This document shows, in pieces, positions 62,481-64,000 of a stretch of 64,000 nucleotides of DNA. The notes below the pieces were generated by a model that saw only the letters and a program-made list of their open reading frames with translations, did no database searches and was not told the origin of the DNA. The position numbers were made by a program, and so were the translations under genes. Every line of letters begins with the position of its first letter. The stretch's first letter is position 1. The stretch is from positions 682,001 to 746,000 of the forward strand of contig NW_026867633.1 in assembly GCF_020745735.1 (NCBI RefSeq), read 5' to 3'. This stretch comes from Hemiscyllium ocellatum (Eukaryota).

Positions 62481-64000
62481 GATTCATGTCACTCATTATA
62501 CCAGACTGACTCTACTATACCTGAGACACTAATCCCAGGATACGAGATAACCCCAACTCTGTCTGTAATACAGGAGCCCGGGGAGGAACCTGATACCACG
62601 GTGTGTGTATCGCTGACAGTAGGAAGAGCTGACCAAGATCAAATCGTGTTTATCAATGGACCTGGGGAGAGCAAACTGACCTCACTGTGTTTGTGGTTCT
62701 GACCCAGGTCGTGCTGACCGACCCAACTGTGTCGCTGTCACTGACCCGTGTAAAGCAGGGTCAACCAACTGAGTCTGTATCACTGATTCCAGGGGCATAG
62801 AATGAACCGACTATTTCTGTCTTACTGATCCTAGGGAGAACACACTGACACAAGTGTCTTTATCAGTGGGAGTGCAGACCGAATCACCGATCTCTGTATT
62901 ACTGACCGTGGAGGGAGCAGACTGATGCCTCTCTGTATGTAAGTCCGAACCTGGTAGAGTAGACTCACCCAGCAGTGTCTGTGTCACTGACATCGGGGAG
63001 AGCATGAAAACCGCACTGTGTTTATATTAGCAAACTCAGAGGTCAGACTGATCATACTCTTTGTGTATCACTGACCACGGACAGAGAACGCTGGCTCCAC
63101 TGTCTATGTATCTGTTATCCTGAGGAGAGTAGATTGACTTCACTGTCGTGTTACAAAGGTCTTGGGGAGAGCAGACAGTCCCTCCCATGGCTGTGTAACG
63201 GGATGTAGCACTAGATTGCTGTCTCTTTTTTTAATGAACCCGTGGACAGGAGAAAAATGCCATTGTGTGAGTATCCCTGACAATAGGGAGAGCAAATTAA
63301 CACTCCTGAATCTGAACCACTGGCCACGGTGAGAGTGGATTGAACTGTGCGACTGTACACAGACCTGGGGATAGCAGAGCGACCCACTGAGTATGAACCA
63401 CGATTCATGACGAGAGCAGAGTGACCCAACTATGTTGGTATCAATGACCCCTGGGAGAACAGAAAAACTCCTCTGTTCGTGCATCACTGACACCACGAAC
63501 ACAGACGATCACACTTTGCCTTTATCCTTGAATCTGGGGAGAACAGGCTGACTTCACTTTCCGAACATCACTGACTCTGGGGACCGGACTCTGACTCCAC
63601 CGTGTCTATATGCCTAACAGTGGCAAGAACAGATGTACCCTATGTGACTATTCACTGACCAGGTGGGAGCAGACTGACACTACTTTTTTGTGTCTCACGA
63701 ACCCAAGCAAAGCAGTCTGACAACTGTGTGTCAGTATTAGTGACAACATGGTTAACACAAAAAACTCACTGAGTGTGTAGCACTGCCTCACTGAGAGCAG
63801 ACTCATCCCACTGTGTGCTAATATATCACCACAGAGAGAGTAAACTAACCACATTGTGAATACACAACTGACACCTAGGAGAGGCGACTGACCCCACTGT
63901 GTGCGTACCGTGGACCCCGAGGAAAGAAGTCTGCCCCCACTGTTTGTTAATGACTGACACCAGGGTAGCAGATATATCTAACTGTGCGTGCATTCCTGAG
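62480..64000 (+). repeat. Degenerate 43-bp satellite, part 2 (runs off the window)
   Basis: Same unit and orientation as 59590-60510. Confidence 0.9.

Overview
Eukaryotic, repeat-dense genomic DNA, most likely from a cartilaginous fish. That taxon is inferred from the HE1-type SINEs, CR1 tails, Penelope-like repeats and the GPCR family. The window is a draft assembly with two N-gaps (16272-16732, 28391-28534). The only long intact ORF (28986-29924) is a class A 7TM receptor of the shark-expanded GPR139/142-like family, and its first exon appears damaged by a deletion. It sits in a birth-and-death cluster with two fused pseudogene copies (20830-22080), a possible exon-1 relic on the minus strand (about 25910-25978), and an inverted copy of its 3' flank that runs into the first gap. 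The rest consists of CR1 and other LINE fragments (often nested), SINEs, Penelope-like elements (RT and GIY-YIG relics), a Gypsy pol fragment, two degenerate tRNA genes (Glu, His), a 3.7-kb 23-bp satellite and a 43-bp satellite. Three structures stand out. The first is a TSD-flanked 420-bp palindromic Penelope-derived element with a minimal hammerhead-ribozyme motif on each strand (51742-52161). The second is a near-perfect 145-bp inverted repeat (5424-5895). The third is a series of stop-containing candidate minus-strand exons of an unidentified decayed gene. All identifications were made by eye with no database search, and most repeat boundaries are approximate.
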